Assembly: GCF_001194135.2 (NCBI RefSeq)
Contig: NC_069000.1
Span: forward strand, 2,853,094-2,917,093
Direction of reading: 5' to 3'
Source of the DNA: Octopus bimaculoides
Taxonomy: Eukaryota
DNA length: 64,000 nt
The position numbers and the translations under genes were made by a program. A model generated the notes under the pieces. That model saw only the letters and a list, made by a program, of their open reading frames with translations, did not search any database and had not been told where the DNA came from. Shown in pieces: positions 40,853 to 54,402 of this stretch (within the stretch, counting starts at the first letter, position 1; each line of letters opens with the position of its first letter).

Positions 40853-41061
40853 CTGAGGAGACTCAGGTTGTAATCAAGGTGGACTACCGAGAACAAGCGA
40901 TTTCATTGATGAGTCTGCAACGCCAGCGTCATATAGAGAGAGGGATTATTGATGTATGCAACAAGTCCTCTGGCCCTATCCAGGAAATGGTTTTTGACTT
41001 CTTGAAGGGAAAAATGCAGTATTTCGCCAAGGCTATAGTGTTGGGATTACGTAAACTGTAA
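40853..41061 (+). CDS. candidate coding exon or TE-derived coding fossil, product unknown
   Basis: Acceptor TTCTGTTATTGATCTTAG, then an open frame (A)EETQVVIKVDYREQAISLMSLQRQRHIERGIIDVCNKSSGPIQEMVFDFLKGKMQYFAKAIVLGLRKL*; visibly more GC-rich than its flanks. Confidence 0.3.
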
Positions 41062-41875
41062 CGCTGTATCTCCGATGCATACGTATGGAAATGATTAACA
41101 AAGAGGGACAAAGGTAAAAAAAAAAACACATGGGAACTTCTCATCTGCTACGCATACCTGACTCAAGCATAGTTTCAGTGCGTTGAATATACGAAAGCTT
41201 TCACTACATGAATTATTTGAATGAAGGTATTGCGTATGGAATTCATTTGATCCCTGCGCTTCACTGGTTCGGTATTAAATCGAAGATAGACTAATGAAAT
41301 TAAAATTTTACCAGAACGTGATTTGATCTTTGATCATGTATAGTTATAAGAAAACAAATCCTGGAGTTTTTTAACAGGGTTAAATCACAATGCCAACTTA
41401 GGTACCTGATGTTAGTCCATGTCTGTGGATAACAGTGTTAATATTGACCTATTAGATAGAAAATCACCCAGCGTAAAGAGATACCAACTAGAATTATACG
41501 TAAAATATACGTACTGACTAGTATGCCAAAGAATTTGTAAACATACACAGTTAAAGATAAATAAATATAGTAACGTGTAAACAAATACAAAATAAATAAA
41601 TAAATGAACAGACAAATATTATTAATTGATGAATGTTTGCATCTATTCTGAGATCGTCTTTTATCTTAGACTTGTTAAATATTGAAATCTATGTAATGTG
41701 TATACCACTTGGAACCATTATCTTCCATTAGGCGCTTTGTAGTCTAGTAATTTAATTTATAATATATCGCTTGATTTATTTAGACTTATATTCTTGTTGT
41801 ATGATGTAGTGAACATTTCGGTAATTTAATGAACCATATAAATTAAAAGAATAATTAAAGAGTTCGTCCTAAATA

Positions 41876-42300
41876 CTACGTGCAATTGTACTTGCGGTGG
41901 CCTTCACCCGGCCTGTTTGAGACGGCTGCGACCAACGAGTTCACCATTTCCCTTATGAATGCTGACCACATCCGATACTCGGCCGCAATCGAGAGTGTAA
42001 TGGATACCCGATCTAATTTCCACTGATGACGAGCGATGACACCATATCCGAATTCTCAATTCACTGTTGAGGATTAGAGTTCATGCTCAGAGTTTCAGTG
42101 GGAATACATATTTACATGTGTTTCCCGGACAAATGTATACACCCTCTGGGATAGTGTGATACGTAGACGATTTGCCGACCAAGTCACCGCTAATTATCGG
42201 AGCAGAAGTAGCCTGGATTTGAAAAGGCACTCTAGAGACATGCTGTAAGAAAAGCTAAGAAGTGGCTGACTCCCAGTGGTGCTCCAACTTCCGGGACAGC
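41876..42300 (-). mobile_element. RTE-clade LINE 3' end fossil
   Basis: 41876-42022 reads ITLSIAAEYRMWSAFIREMVNSLVAAVSNRPG, resembling the RTE C-terminus A.DR..W..F.RE.V.S....RPG; CAAGTA-like tail. Confidence 0.6.
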
Positions 42301-42699
42301 AGCCTGGAATTTCGGAGGCCACAAACTAAATAAGCAGGTGAGAGAAAGAACTGCTTCCATGTTAGATTGCTGTTTAGACGATTCTGAGCAAGAGATACAG
42401 GAAAAAAGGAGATGGGTTGGGGGAATAATTAACTACAGTACACTTCATTTGCAATGCGATGATGTAATTCTAAGTCCATTCCGGGAGAATTTGAAATCGG
42501 ATTCTATAACACGAAGTGTAACACTGTGAGGCATTCTACCAGATGGTTGTAACCTTTCTGCAACGGTCACCACGTCTGCCAAAACTCCAAGTCACTTTTA
42601 AAATTCGCCAATGAAAAATAAATAAGTACTCTGCAAAAAATACTAATATCTTTCAGTATTCATTCAATACTGAATTGTCATGATAACTGTTTCTCCCTA

Positions 42700-42870
42700 A
42701 AACATCTCTCTCTCTCTCTCTCTCTCTCTCAACCTATCTATCTCGCTATCTGTCAGTGAGTCTATCTACCTGTCTGTCTGTCTATCTATCAATCTGTCTG
42801 TCTGTCTATCAATCTGTCTGTCTATCTATCAGTCTGTCTGTCTATCTATATGTCTGTCTGTCTGTCTATC
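42700..42870. repeat. compound (CT)n/(TCTA)n/(TCTG)n microsatellite
   Basis: Seen directly. Confidence 0.9.
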
Positions 42871-43373
42871 CAAACGCATGGGCACACACATATGCACAAA
42901 TATATATGAATCAATATTTGCATATGTAAGTACAATTACGTGTTTTTGAAATACCCGATCATTTGTGTTGGTATAATTTGTATATAGATTAAATATTTAC
43001 TCATGTAGCTCTATGTCAATAGCCACATAGTCTTTGATATCTTCATTTGAAATGATTTCTTTCCTAATTAAAATTATTTTCTCCCTGCCCCGAACTCTCT
43101 CAAATCTTTAATGTTTTTTGTCCCATATTCTATACATCTCCGCCTGTCTCATATAACGTTTTTCTCTCTCTTTCTCTCTCGCTTTTTCTCGAATTGTCTC
43201 TATCTACTCTCCGTACAGCTGTTCAGTTTGCTCTGGTTATTATTTAAATATTTACCATTCGTTATAAATGAACGTCATGTTTCTTAGACAATAATGTATA
43301 CATAGTGTCAGTTAAAATTGTTCCGAGCAAATAGAGAACTACAGACACACGCATGAACACACGTGTATAAATA

Positions 43374-43409
<36 letters not shown>

Positions 43410-44099
43410 GATAAATTAAATAGAGAGATATCTCTGACAATTTAATAATTTATAATATTACATGATATACTATGAATATAATATAACATTATATTATATA
43501 ACAAGAACAATTATTTAAAAAAATCTATGTATGTATGTAGGTAAAAACGCAATTTATATGCATGTACCATTGCTTCAGAAGTTATCAGAGTTGTTAAGAA
43601 TACAAGAATAAAATTATAGTTATTAAACTTTAGTATGTATCTAGTTACAGTTGAAACTGATCATTTGCAAATGAATTAATTCCGAAGGCTTTGAAAACAT
43701 TTCACTTGAAACATAACTTACTACTCCATTTCAATTATATCTAATAGTTCTCAAAAAATATAATTGTCTTTGAAAATTCAGTCTCGTATTATCAAGGGGT
43801 AGAGATGTGCATTTAAATTCTGTTCTGAGGCTCCCGCGATATCTAATTTGAATACTTATGAACATATAGATATGTACGTAGCTTAATGAATGTATATTGA
43901 ACTGAGAAGGCTTATAATGCTTTAACAACAACGAATTCAAATAGAAAATAAGATTGTCACAAATTGGGTTTGATGTAATAGATAAGTAAACCCCAAAATT
44001 TGCATATACACACACACTGAACATAAGCATATAAAAATACACTTTATATATATATGCATCTCTCTCTCTCTCTACATATATATACAGGTTCATGCCCAC

Positions 44100-44330
44100 T
44101 ACGTGGCAACCTGAGTAGGTGTCTTCTAATAAACCGTGTCTTTCTGTGTTTTTTTCCTGTGTTTCTCCACCCGACCCCTTGACAAACCCAGCGGGTCGCC
44201 GTTAGTGACTTATTCTAAGTAAAAGACTTAAACATTAATGCTAGATTCGATTCATCCCACTAAAAGAGTTCTTCAAGGCCCCAGCATGGCCACAGTCTAA
44301 TCACTGTAAGCATTAAAAGATAAAAGATAG
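44100..44330 (+). mobile_element. SINE family A copy (deleted)
   Basis: GTGTCTTCTA...CTTGACAA...CCCCAGCATGGCCACAGTC...AAAAGATAAAAGATA. Confidence 0.7.
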
Positions 44331-44745
44331 TTGAGTTAAATACGGTGTTGTTAACTACATAATTGTTGTATATTAATACAATAATCTCTAATGTCTTTAA
44401 TTATTTCATCTATATCAACTTCAATTTAATATGTTTAATGAAGTGCTTCTAATATATTTCCAAAGAGTCTGTTAATTTACAGAAGATAACAATAAGAGAA
44501 AACAATTAATAATGCAGTATCATTAATAATTAATTGCTCTTAACGAATGAAATTAAGCATCAATTAAATCATTGAATTCCAGAGATATATATCAAAACAT
44601 GGACAATGGCGACGAAACAGAAAGATATATCGAAAAACTAAGTTAAGACTCACACAATAATTAAATATCTTCCGTCTGCCTGTCTGAATTCACCTCCGCA
44701 ATTGCGGCTAACTGGAACTTTTTGAAGCCGGAAGTGGTTTGATCT

Positions 44746-44881
44746 GGCGCGGCTGTGTGTTAAGAAATTGGCCTCCCAACCACATGGTTCAGTCTTACAG
44801 CGTGGCACGTGCACATGTGACTTCTACTATAAACTTGGGCCGACACAAACTTGAGAGTGAATCTTGAACATGGGAATCGAA

Positions 44882-44885
<4 letters not shown>
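44746..44885 (+). mobile_element. SINE family A 5' half ending in (AT)n
   Basis: GGCTGTGTGTTAAG...CCCAACCACATGGTTCAGTC...CTTCTACTATA...GGGCCGAC. Confidence 0.75.
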
Positions 44886-44937
<52 letters not shown>

Positions 44938-47900
44938 TTGCAACGTCCTGTACCCAGGTATGCATCTATATATACATGTAGGTATGTATATACGTATATA
45001 TGCATATACTCATTTATTATTTGTATATATATATATATTTATATAGTGGATCGTTGATCGTGGGCATACAGGATTATGTACAAGCGATACGACAGTTGCA
45101 TAACAGTGTAAAAGTTAGAGCAACAATATTTTCAGAGGAAAAGAATTTACGATTAAATACACACACACACACACACGCACACACACACACACACATACGT
45201 GCGCGCGCATCGCACGCACGTATACTCACACCCTCATTATGTCAAATGTACATACATTCACGCATCTGACGCTTTTATTTATTCAAATTACGCTAAATTT
45301 TCCATTATACATACATATACATACACGCGCGCGCGCACACACATGTATTGTAATCATAAAATGGAAAACTAAACGCTTTTCATTTTTTCATTGAAAATCA
45401 TTGATATTCATCGATGTACAACTACAGCAGCTGTTGACGCTAGCAATTGCCTGCCAAATATTTATATTAAAAAAAATAGAATAACAACATAACAAAATAA
45501 ATAACCCAAAGAATGCTGCCAGTATCCTCCATTGAATGCAGTGTATATTTCATACTCAATAATCCCCTACATTATTTGTATATTCTTTGACATATTTTTG
45601 GCACTATGGAATAATATCAGTTCCAAATACCAGCTTTCAGTTCTTTTTCCGTTTTTGATTTCTTGAAACTGCCTGAAAATAATATTTTTTTCTTCTTACT
45701 ATTTCTTGTAAATTTTTGTATTCTATCTTCTGTTAAGCAAACTCAAACACATACAGACAGATGTATCTGTTGCAGTCTGTGTGTGTGTGTGTGTGTATAC
45801 ATATATATATGAATATGTGTATATGTGTATATGCGTATATATATATATACATATGTACATATGCGTATATATATATATATACATATGTACATAGGTGTAT
45901 ATATACGTATGTATATATGTGTATACACGTATACATATACGTATGTATATGTGTGTATATACATATGTATGTATGTGTGTATGTTAGTGTGTATGCACTC
46001 CTACTCGTACCTCACTCTCTCTCTCTCTCTCTCGCTATACTTGCGTATGGTGGCCGGGTGTATATGTAATGCAATCTTTTGATTCTGGTCCAATTGCCAG
46101 TACATCTGTCATATTATGCGTCATACTGCTCGGAGGCCATACAACTTTGGTAAAAATTCTTGATCCATTATATTTGATTCCGTTTTTGGTATTGGATCAA
46201 GAGATTAATCAAATTACGTGTTCTGTTTGCTAAAACAGTTCCATAAGAAATGGAAAGAAGGAAAAAGATAAAATCGTAAATATATAGAACGATAATATAA
46301 ATTGATCCGAAATATTTCTCTAAAAGAAAAGTTTGGAGGACCACTAAGCATTGAATACTTGTTATATATTTAAAACAAAATGATAGTCTAGTAGAAGAAT
46401 TTTCGAAAGATCTGTTTTTTTTATTCTCTGCTTCCATTTTCGGTAGCGTTGTAGATGCCATTTTTGTTCAATTTTTTCCGCGTTTATTCTCTTTCATTGA
46501 ATGCTGAATCAGAGTTTTTATGTATTGGTTTATTTACGTTTCCGTAACATAGCGCTTCGGTAAATTCAAGCGATTCAATATGTAAGAGGTCTACAAAGAA
46601 CATAAAATACGGCGGTCGATTCGTTCGCCTAAAACCCTGAAAGATGTTGCCCGAAGATGTATGTGTGTGGGAATGCATGCACGCAAACACACACAAACAC
46701 AAACACACACACACGTAGTAATATAGAAAGTTTGATGGAAATTCATAAGCCCTTTAATGCATTGCTACGTACGTATAATAGCGACCCTTCTGAATTAACT
46801 TCGAAGGAATCAGCAATCGTATAATTTCATAGACGAATAAATGAAGGAAATATTCCTAATCCATTTATTAAAAACCGGAATAGGATTTTCAATAATATTG
46901 CAATCGACACATGAAGCTTAACTTGCCATCGGAGTTTAGGTTTTGATTCTTTTTCCATATTTGTTCAAGGTGTACCTCTGTGACTAATTTTGCATCCTGA
47001 ACTTATCCGTAATATTTCTTCATGCTCTGATACAATTAACTGAAATTCAATTCCACCACAGCACATGCTGCCTTATGAAATCATTAACTTTTTACGTAAG
47101 CAAGGATATATACTGCAGAAGAAGGAAAATGCTGCAGGTTGTAGAGTGAATGCATGTATTGCCAGTTAGCATATTTCGTACATGCCTTTTAATTTGAGAG
47201 CTTAATTCACCGGTAATTAGGACGATGTGCCCTGAGCAGGGTACTACGCTTTACGTTGTGCTAGTCGAGTGGCTGTTAAAGGGAACCATCCGGTTGCAAA
47301 TACAGCTATTTCCGAGTCCAACTGTCATATCTTGGCTCTTCTGTCGGGTCTGTATTGAAGAGTTGGGAGGGCACGTACTCTTGTTCACTGCTAAACAATT
47401 AACAAAAGTTACATATTAAGAAGCCATCGCTAGTGTCTGATGCATGTGAAGTATTCCAATTACGAATGAAAACACATCCTCATATATCTTTCATTGATGC
47501 GAAACATCATCCGATATTCAATTTACGAAATTTCCAGCACTTAATGAGTCAAATATTCCATATTCAACGTGTTCAGCAGACGCAATATCTACTCCGCTTT
47601 CAGATAGAACTGCTTAACGAGAAGCTATTCAGTTCTCCAATCGAATAACATTAAGCATAATGCTGTATTTATTCGCGAAAAACCAATACATCGGTAGATT
47701 AATAATATATAAGGTGTTTTACAAAAGTTTGAAATCTGTAGACATACATTTCCAAGTAGTAACAAGAAAAAATAGCGAATCTGAATTATCTATGACAACA
47801 AGCAGTAGAAAATCTTATCTTAATAATACCAAATTCCTCCAAGCAACATTTCCTACGCTAAAATCAGTTAATCGCTATGGAAATCTTGGCCCGGATTTTC

Positions 47901-48320
47901 TGAGAACAAGCATAAAAATAAAGAATATAAGATGATTAGAAGAAAACGTATATACTGAACGAAAGAAAAAAAGTATACCTATGACAGTGAAAAGTATTGT
48001 ACTTTTCACATATGTTGAAAATTTTACAAACGAGATTAAAATCAACAACATATAAATAATGTAATCCAAATATTTATAATCTGATCGTCTTGTTAAATTG
48101 AACACGAATGAAATATATCATTGGAAGAGTTTTAAGAAATCCACAAAGGAAAAAAAAAATATATGAAATACGATAAAAATGTGGTTTATTTGACTTCTCA
48201 AGTAAAGCGTAAACATGTAAACAAACGAAGTTAAACAATACTAATGCGTATGGAGAAGCACTTAATGTGGAATGGAGCCAATGGGTTCGTGTCTGGAATC
48301 ATTACACACGCACATATGTA

Positions 48321-48401
<81 letters not shown>

Positions 48402-49397
48402 ATATATATATTTTTATACGTATATATATATATATATATATACATACATACAAGTATGTATATGATTAAAGGGATAGATGGATACACATGTACATGTAAT
48501 CTATGTTCATGTATATGTATGTGTGTAAATATATCTCATATGTATTGTGTCTGCATATGCATCTGTGTGTGTACGTATATATTTCTATATGTATTACTGT
48601 TGGTGAGTATTTTTGTGTGTATACATATGTGTATATATATGTGTTTGCTTGTATGTTTAAATGTTGTATGTCATTTCACCTTTTTATATTTTTTCAATAG
48701 CTAGATAGCGGTCAAAAATGATCGGAGGAGTAAAAAATCTAATTACTTTTTAGCATTATTGGAAATTCGCAGGAGAAAAGCGAGATAACAAGTCCACGGA
48801 CGTGATCTGCAATAAAATATCTTAATAATTTCCGGATAATTTTTTACAAGATTCCAAAAGATTATCGAAATAAAATGAATTTTTTAAAAATAGTGATAAC
48901 TTTGTAAGTTTTCCTCGCTAATTCAATAACAAGTTAGAAATAATTACTGAGTTACATTTTCATGCTCCTCGCAATAGGAATCAGAACATTTTTCTCACAA
49001 AATTGTGAAATGTGGAACACCACACACTCTGTGTCAGTATGCGCAAGGGTATATATATATATTTTATTGGCTAAACTGGCAATATGACCATCCCCAAGTA
49101 CAACAATATATATATATATATATATAATGTATGTATGTACGTTACAAGATTCATTAGAATCTAGGTGTGTCAACACGTTGGAAACCCGAAAAGAGATTTG
49201 AATGAGGGTGAAATTACTATGAGGTGTCATGTATCGGGAGTGTAATGTAGGTACACACACACACACGTATACATACACAAGTGTGTGTGTGTGTACCTAA
49301 TTGTATGTATAGTGTGTATATCCTTACATCTATCAATTTGTCTATCAAGCTCTCTCTCTATTATTTATATATATATATAGTTGCTATATATATATAA

Positions 49398-49432
<35 letters not shown>

Positions 49433-52400
49433 TGTGTGTGTGTGTATCGATCGGTGCTATTATATTAAACTGCCATATGTCCAAATTTGAACAAAAGCAT
49501 TTTTTTTTCAATATTTATTTTTGCTTGCAATAGCCGTTTCTTTTGGTTAAACCATTGTATCTCCAGCTGCTTCAGATGCCAAGATGTCAAAAATTGCCAA
49601 AGTGTAGAACAACAGTTTTGCTATGGAATAGCAATGGTATATATATATATACACTCTCTGTTTCCCCTCTACCAGATCTACTCAGAAGGCTTTGGCCGGC
49701 ACGAGGCTATAGCTAATGACATGTGGTTGGAATAAAAGCTGCTTACAGGACAGCCACATATCTAGCAGTTATAAGTGCATGTATAGCATGTATTGGGTGA
49801 GTGGCATATTGTGCATGGGTTAAATGAAATTATTAATCTCCTAATCCTCAGGATTCTCATGAGTATATTTATAATTCATACTTTGAAGCATTCTGTAGAC
49901 GCGACTTGAATCCAATTTTAAGATATATTATCTTCTCTGTCTCATAAATTATCAATGATTCGTTGTTGCATCCTAAAAGGCCACGGTGAATTAAACAACA
50001 GACATTTAAATAGAAAAAAAGAATTTGATCAATGGATGGAACAGCCATTTCAATATACGGTACCAATATTTGTAACTTAAAAGTACTACCAAGATTGCTC
50101 AGTCATCTGCACAGCGGGGGAGCGAGCCTTTTGGCAGTCAATCAGCAGAAGACTTCAATGCTCCATCTCTCCCAAAATTTTGGGCCTTGTGCTTAGAGTA
50201 GAAAAGAAAGCCAGCCCATTGCCGCTCTTAAGTCGCTTTTGCCTCACGAATTTACAATGAATCCCAGAGCAAACTAATGGAATAAACTTTTAAAAAATAA
50301 TGCAGATTGTTAACCAATCACATTTACTTACTTGAATTACTGCATATATATCTATGGGTAATAACTGTATTTTTTCCGCACTATATTTTAAATGCAAGTT
50401 ACATCATGTATATTGTTTTATAATCTGCCATTTTCATTACCCCTCTAGTTAGACACGTTTACGAAATATCTGTTATTAAGTTGAAAGTTATTCGTAATTT
50501 TGCATGTTAGTTATTATCTTCAATGTGTGCATGAGAATATGTGTGAATGTGTGCACTTTCCCAAAGGCGTCATTTTCCTTTAACTACACCTACACATAAA
50601 CACACACACACACACACACACACACACTGAGAGAAGCACATGCACCCACACGTGTATATGTATATGTATATGTATGTCAGGTGTGTGTGTGTGTACATGC
50701 ATAAATGCGTACGCCTGTATTTACAGGTATATGCACATACGTAACTGTGTATTAACTCTCTCAAAGCTGCTTTCATTTCACTAAATGGCAAAATGTCGAA
50801 CACCGAATGGAGAGGCCCCTGGTTTCGCAGAGATCTGCTATTGTTGCAGGAAGGTCACTAATTAGAACCTTTTAGTCCTTACTTCTTATTTCCCTGAATT
50901 GGATGTTAAATATTGGGTATTTCAATTGTAATTAGAAAGCTCGCAGTTGGGGACAGGTAATAGAACTAAGGAGACAAAATAAACTGCCACCTATTATCTT
51001 CTCGTAACATGCAACTGCAGCGTGTTCAGCGCTTCAGACCATAAGCCGTACGATATAATTACAATGTAGCTGATATCGAGACGCTTATTTCATTGCTCCC
51101 TTTTATTTTCTCTTGTTCTCTCGTCATTCTTCTAATTCGTGCATTAAAAGTTAATAATGTGACGAAGTAAAACAAGATTCGACTTCGAAATATTACATGA
51201 ATGAGTTAAGTATAATTATCAAAATTGCAATTGATATTTAATCGAACTTATCAGATTCTATAGTCATGTATTATTCATTTGTTAAGTTGTCCGAATCGAA
51301 TAAATTTGTATATTTATTAAATGGTCCATGGTTGCTTGAATTTCCCTACTTGTATACACAATGGCGACATGACCTGTCGTGACGATCCTTATAATATTTT
51401 AAATTGCAATAAATAATTATGTAGTATGGTGTTGATTAATCTAGGAGAGGTTATTATGCATCTGACTGATAATAAATCTACATGGAGAGAACAACCTTTA
51501 CATCTTCATTGATAATCTAAGCTTTATTTTGGAAATGGACATGATTAACAAGTGATTTCATCTGAGACTGTATTCAAAATCAAAATAATTACAAGTTGAA
51601 AGATACAGATTAGTCATTCAAAAGCACATAAAAACAGTTCACTTCACATTAGCTATTTATTGTCAAAATCTCGTCCCAGTAACTGCAATCTGAACGCGCT
51701 CGCGGTTCCACTACAACGCTTTATAGCAATTGCTCTAATCAATACTGGTCCGGCAAACTTTAGGTATTGTGTAAATGAATTCGACAATTCTCAATATGTA
51801 TTATGTTGCGCTATGTCCGTATACTTTATGCATGTTGGAGGCAAATCTTAATCGGTGTTAAGGACAGTTTTTTGGTCCAGGAAAGGTTTAATATGACTGG
51901 ATTAATGTTGCTGTAATGCACAACACCAATACACATCAAATACAATAGCAATTACAATCGATGAAACTGTCAATAGTAAGTTATAACTGCAAATCGGTGT
52001 CATGTATTTACTTGCAACCTTAGACATTATTTCATTTAACAGTTATAGAGAACATTTAGACGCTGATGTAATCGCAGTAGAATGGAAATTATTCATGGTG
52101 ATACCAATATTCCTCTCAAAAAAGATATCGTACAAAATGACAACCTGTTTCTTTTCTCTAGCAGTACGTATATCTACCCATTTTGAATTCTCTCTGAACA
52201 TATTTAGAAATAATTTGTAGCACAACATAATAATGAAAACTAAATAGTTTTAAAGCGCAGTAAATTTATTAGTAAAGGATAATAAATTAGTTGAATCGTT
52301 TTAGCAACGAACAAAATGGTATGTGGTATTTATTAATGAGCCTTGTGATGAGTATCACTGAGCTCAGTTTTATCTAACTTCCAATATGCAGGGTCTATAA

Positions 52401-53094
52401 AAGGAAATTAATAGTCAAGTGCATTTCGCACACACATGAGTAAACGTAAGAAAGGAGATGGTCGCAGTTTGCGTTGGCACGGATTCCTGTACTTGGTAAA
52501 ATCGACTGATGAACAATTAAATGCTGATTATTTAATGCTAATTATTAAATACAAAGACAGGCACATACAAACACACACATGCGCGCGTAAATTTATACAA
52601 TGTGCTTCCAAACAGTTTCCGAGTATCAATTTCATTCACAAGGCATTTATCATCCCTTGGTGATTGTTTAAGACATTTGCCCTAGGTGCAACGCACTGGG
52701 ACCGAACTCGAAAACACATGGTTGCAAATCTTTAACATATAATTGTGTGCGTATTTGAGTGGGTGTATGTGCGTGTGTGTTTGTGTACACGCAGCACTTA
52801 TTGTCCCTCCCTTTTGTGATGTGATATGAATAGAATGAATAGATCCTTTGTGTAAAATATAGTAAATATTATTTTTATTCCTGATATTACGACTTCACTA
52901 ATCAACTTCCTTTTCATTTCAATTCTTTTTGAATGATTTGTATTCCATATCTGATCTTGCGCAATCTCCATATCCCCACCCCCAACTACAATAACAACCA
53001 CGCACACCGCCGCCGCCACCAGCATCACCGATTTAACATTTGTTCTTGTATTGTCCCTTTATCTGTCGCTTTTGTAGAGTTACCATCATCACAA

Positions 53095-53239
53095 ACATAG
53101 CCATTATTATTATTATTATTATTGTCATTATTATTATCATTAATATTTCTATGAGGATTGTTATCCTGTTGGGTATAATGTGTATTAACAAAATGACAAT
53201 ATGACAGTTTATAATAATAATAATAATAATAATAGAAAC

Positions 53240-53285
<46 letters not shown>

Positions 53286-53310
53286 GAAATTATTATTACT
53301 ATTATGGTAT
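53095..53310. repeat. (ATT)n/(AAT)n microsatellite array
   Basis: Seen directly. Confidence 0.9.
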
Positions 53311-53400
53311 GCTTTCCAGGATACAATTAATGTATTAGGAGTCTATTTTTAGTATTAGAGTAGGAACAACGATTTACTTTGAATATGAATTATTGCTGAA

Positions 53401-53585
53401 GGTCGGTGAGATGGGAGAATCGTTAGCAGGCCGGACAAAATACTTCCCGTTCTGAGTTCAAATTCCGCCGAGATCATCTTTTCGGAGTCGGCAAAACAAG
53501 TACCATTTGAGTACTGGGCTCCATGTAATCGACTCATCCTCTCATCTCGCAAAATCGCTGGCCTTGTGCCAACATTTGACGCCAA
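53401..53585 (+). mobile_element. SINE family B copy
   Basis: GAATCGTTAGCAGGCCGGACAAAAT...GTTCTGAGTTCAAATTCCGCCGAG...GCTGGCCTTGTGCC. Confidence 0.8.
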
Positions 53586-54371
53586 TCTGAATTATACCCT
53601 GTTCAAATTTTATTGAGAATTCAGCGGTTGTCTTTTTTCTTTTGCCAGATATTAATAGTAATTGGAACCCGAAATGAATTCAATGAGAATCTAAGCTGAC
53701 GTTTCATGTGATAAATATTCTAGAAAGGAGAAGTAATAGATTTTGCTTTACAAAATATAGATGATCCGTAATTGATATTCATAGCACTGCCCCTAAGCAC
53801 GTATGCAGATTTTCACGTTTCAAAAATCATATACCCGGCGTCATAAGAATTGGTCACAATGAATCATGATATCAATTCGAAACTAACAGGAAATTAATGC
53901 AGAATTTCCCTTCAAAACGTCGTATCAGATTGTATATCGTTTAAGTTATTTAGTGCCAAATCAGTCTTGGTGCAGTTGGATCGTTCACCACAGTGATCCC
54001 TTACGTTTTGCTTACCTAACTAAAACAAAAACACATCTGAAGACCTCTTGTTTTCTCAGGTAGTTCATCCTGCAGCGTACACGTCAACGCCGAATCCCTT
54101 TAAATACCCAGATCTTGGTTTCTCGACACACACACACACAAAACAAGTATGCAAGTATTTTATTCTCTAGTTTTGATGAAATATTTGCTAAAAAATTATA
54201 ATAGAGTATCCTGTATGATGAAAACACATATGGTCTTATGCACCCGAGGAAGGCGGTGTATTTCACGTTGATGTAATGCTTGCATTGTTCGATTAAATGG
54301 AGCCGCCTGAAACGGTCGTAATGCACTACTACCTCGATATTCTTGTTACTTATTTGCTTTATATATATATG

Positions 54372-54402
<31 letters not shown>

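Noticed and set aside
46168-46461. ORF MASTTLPKMEAENKK with an AAAAATGG start context
   Set aside because: No donor follows, and the frame decays into AT-biased hydrophobic residues
54049-54066. Plus-strand Y-tract AG|GT juxtapositions, also near 24580, 55514 and 59540
   Set aside because: The donor halves are non-consensus (GTAGTT, GTAAAA, GTAGCA, GTAACA); they show such motifs arise by chance
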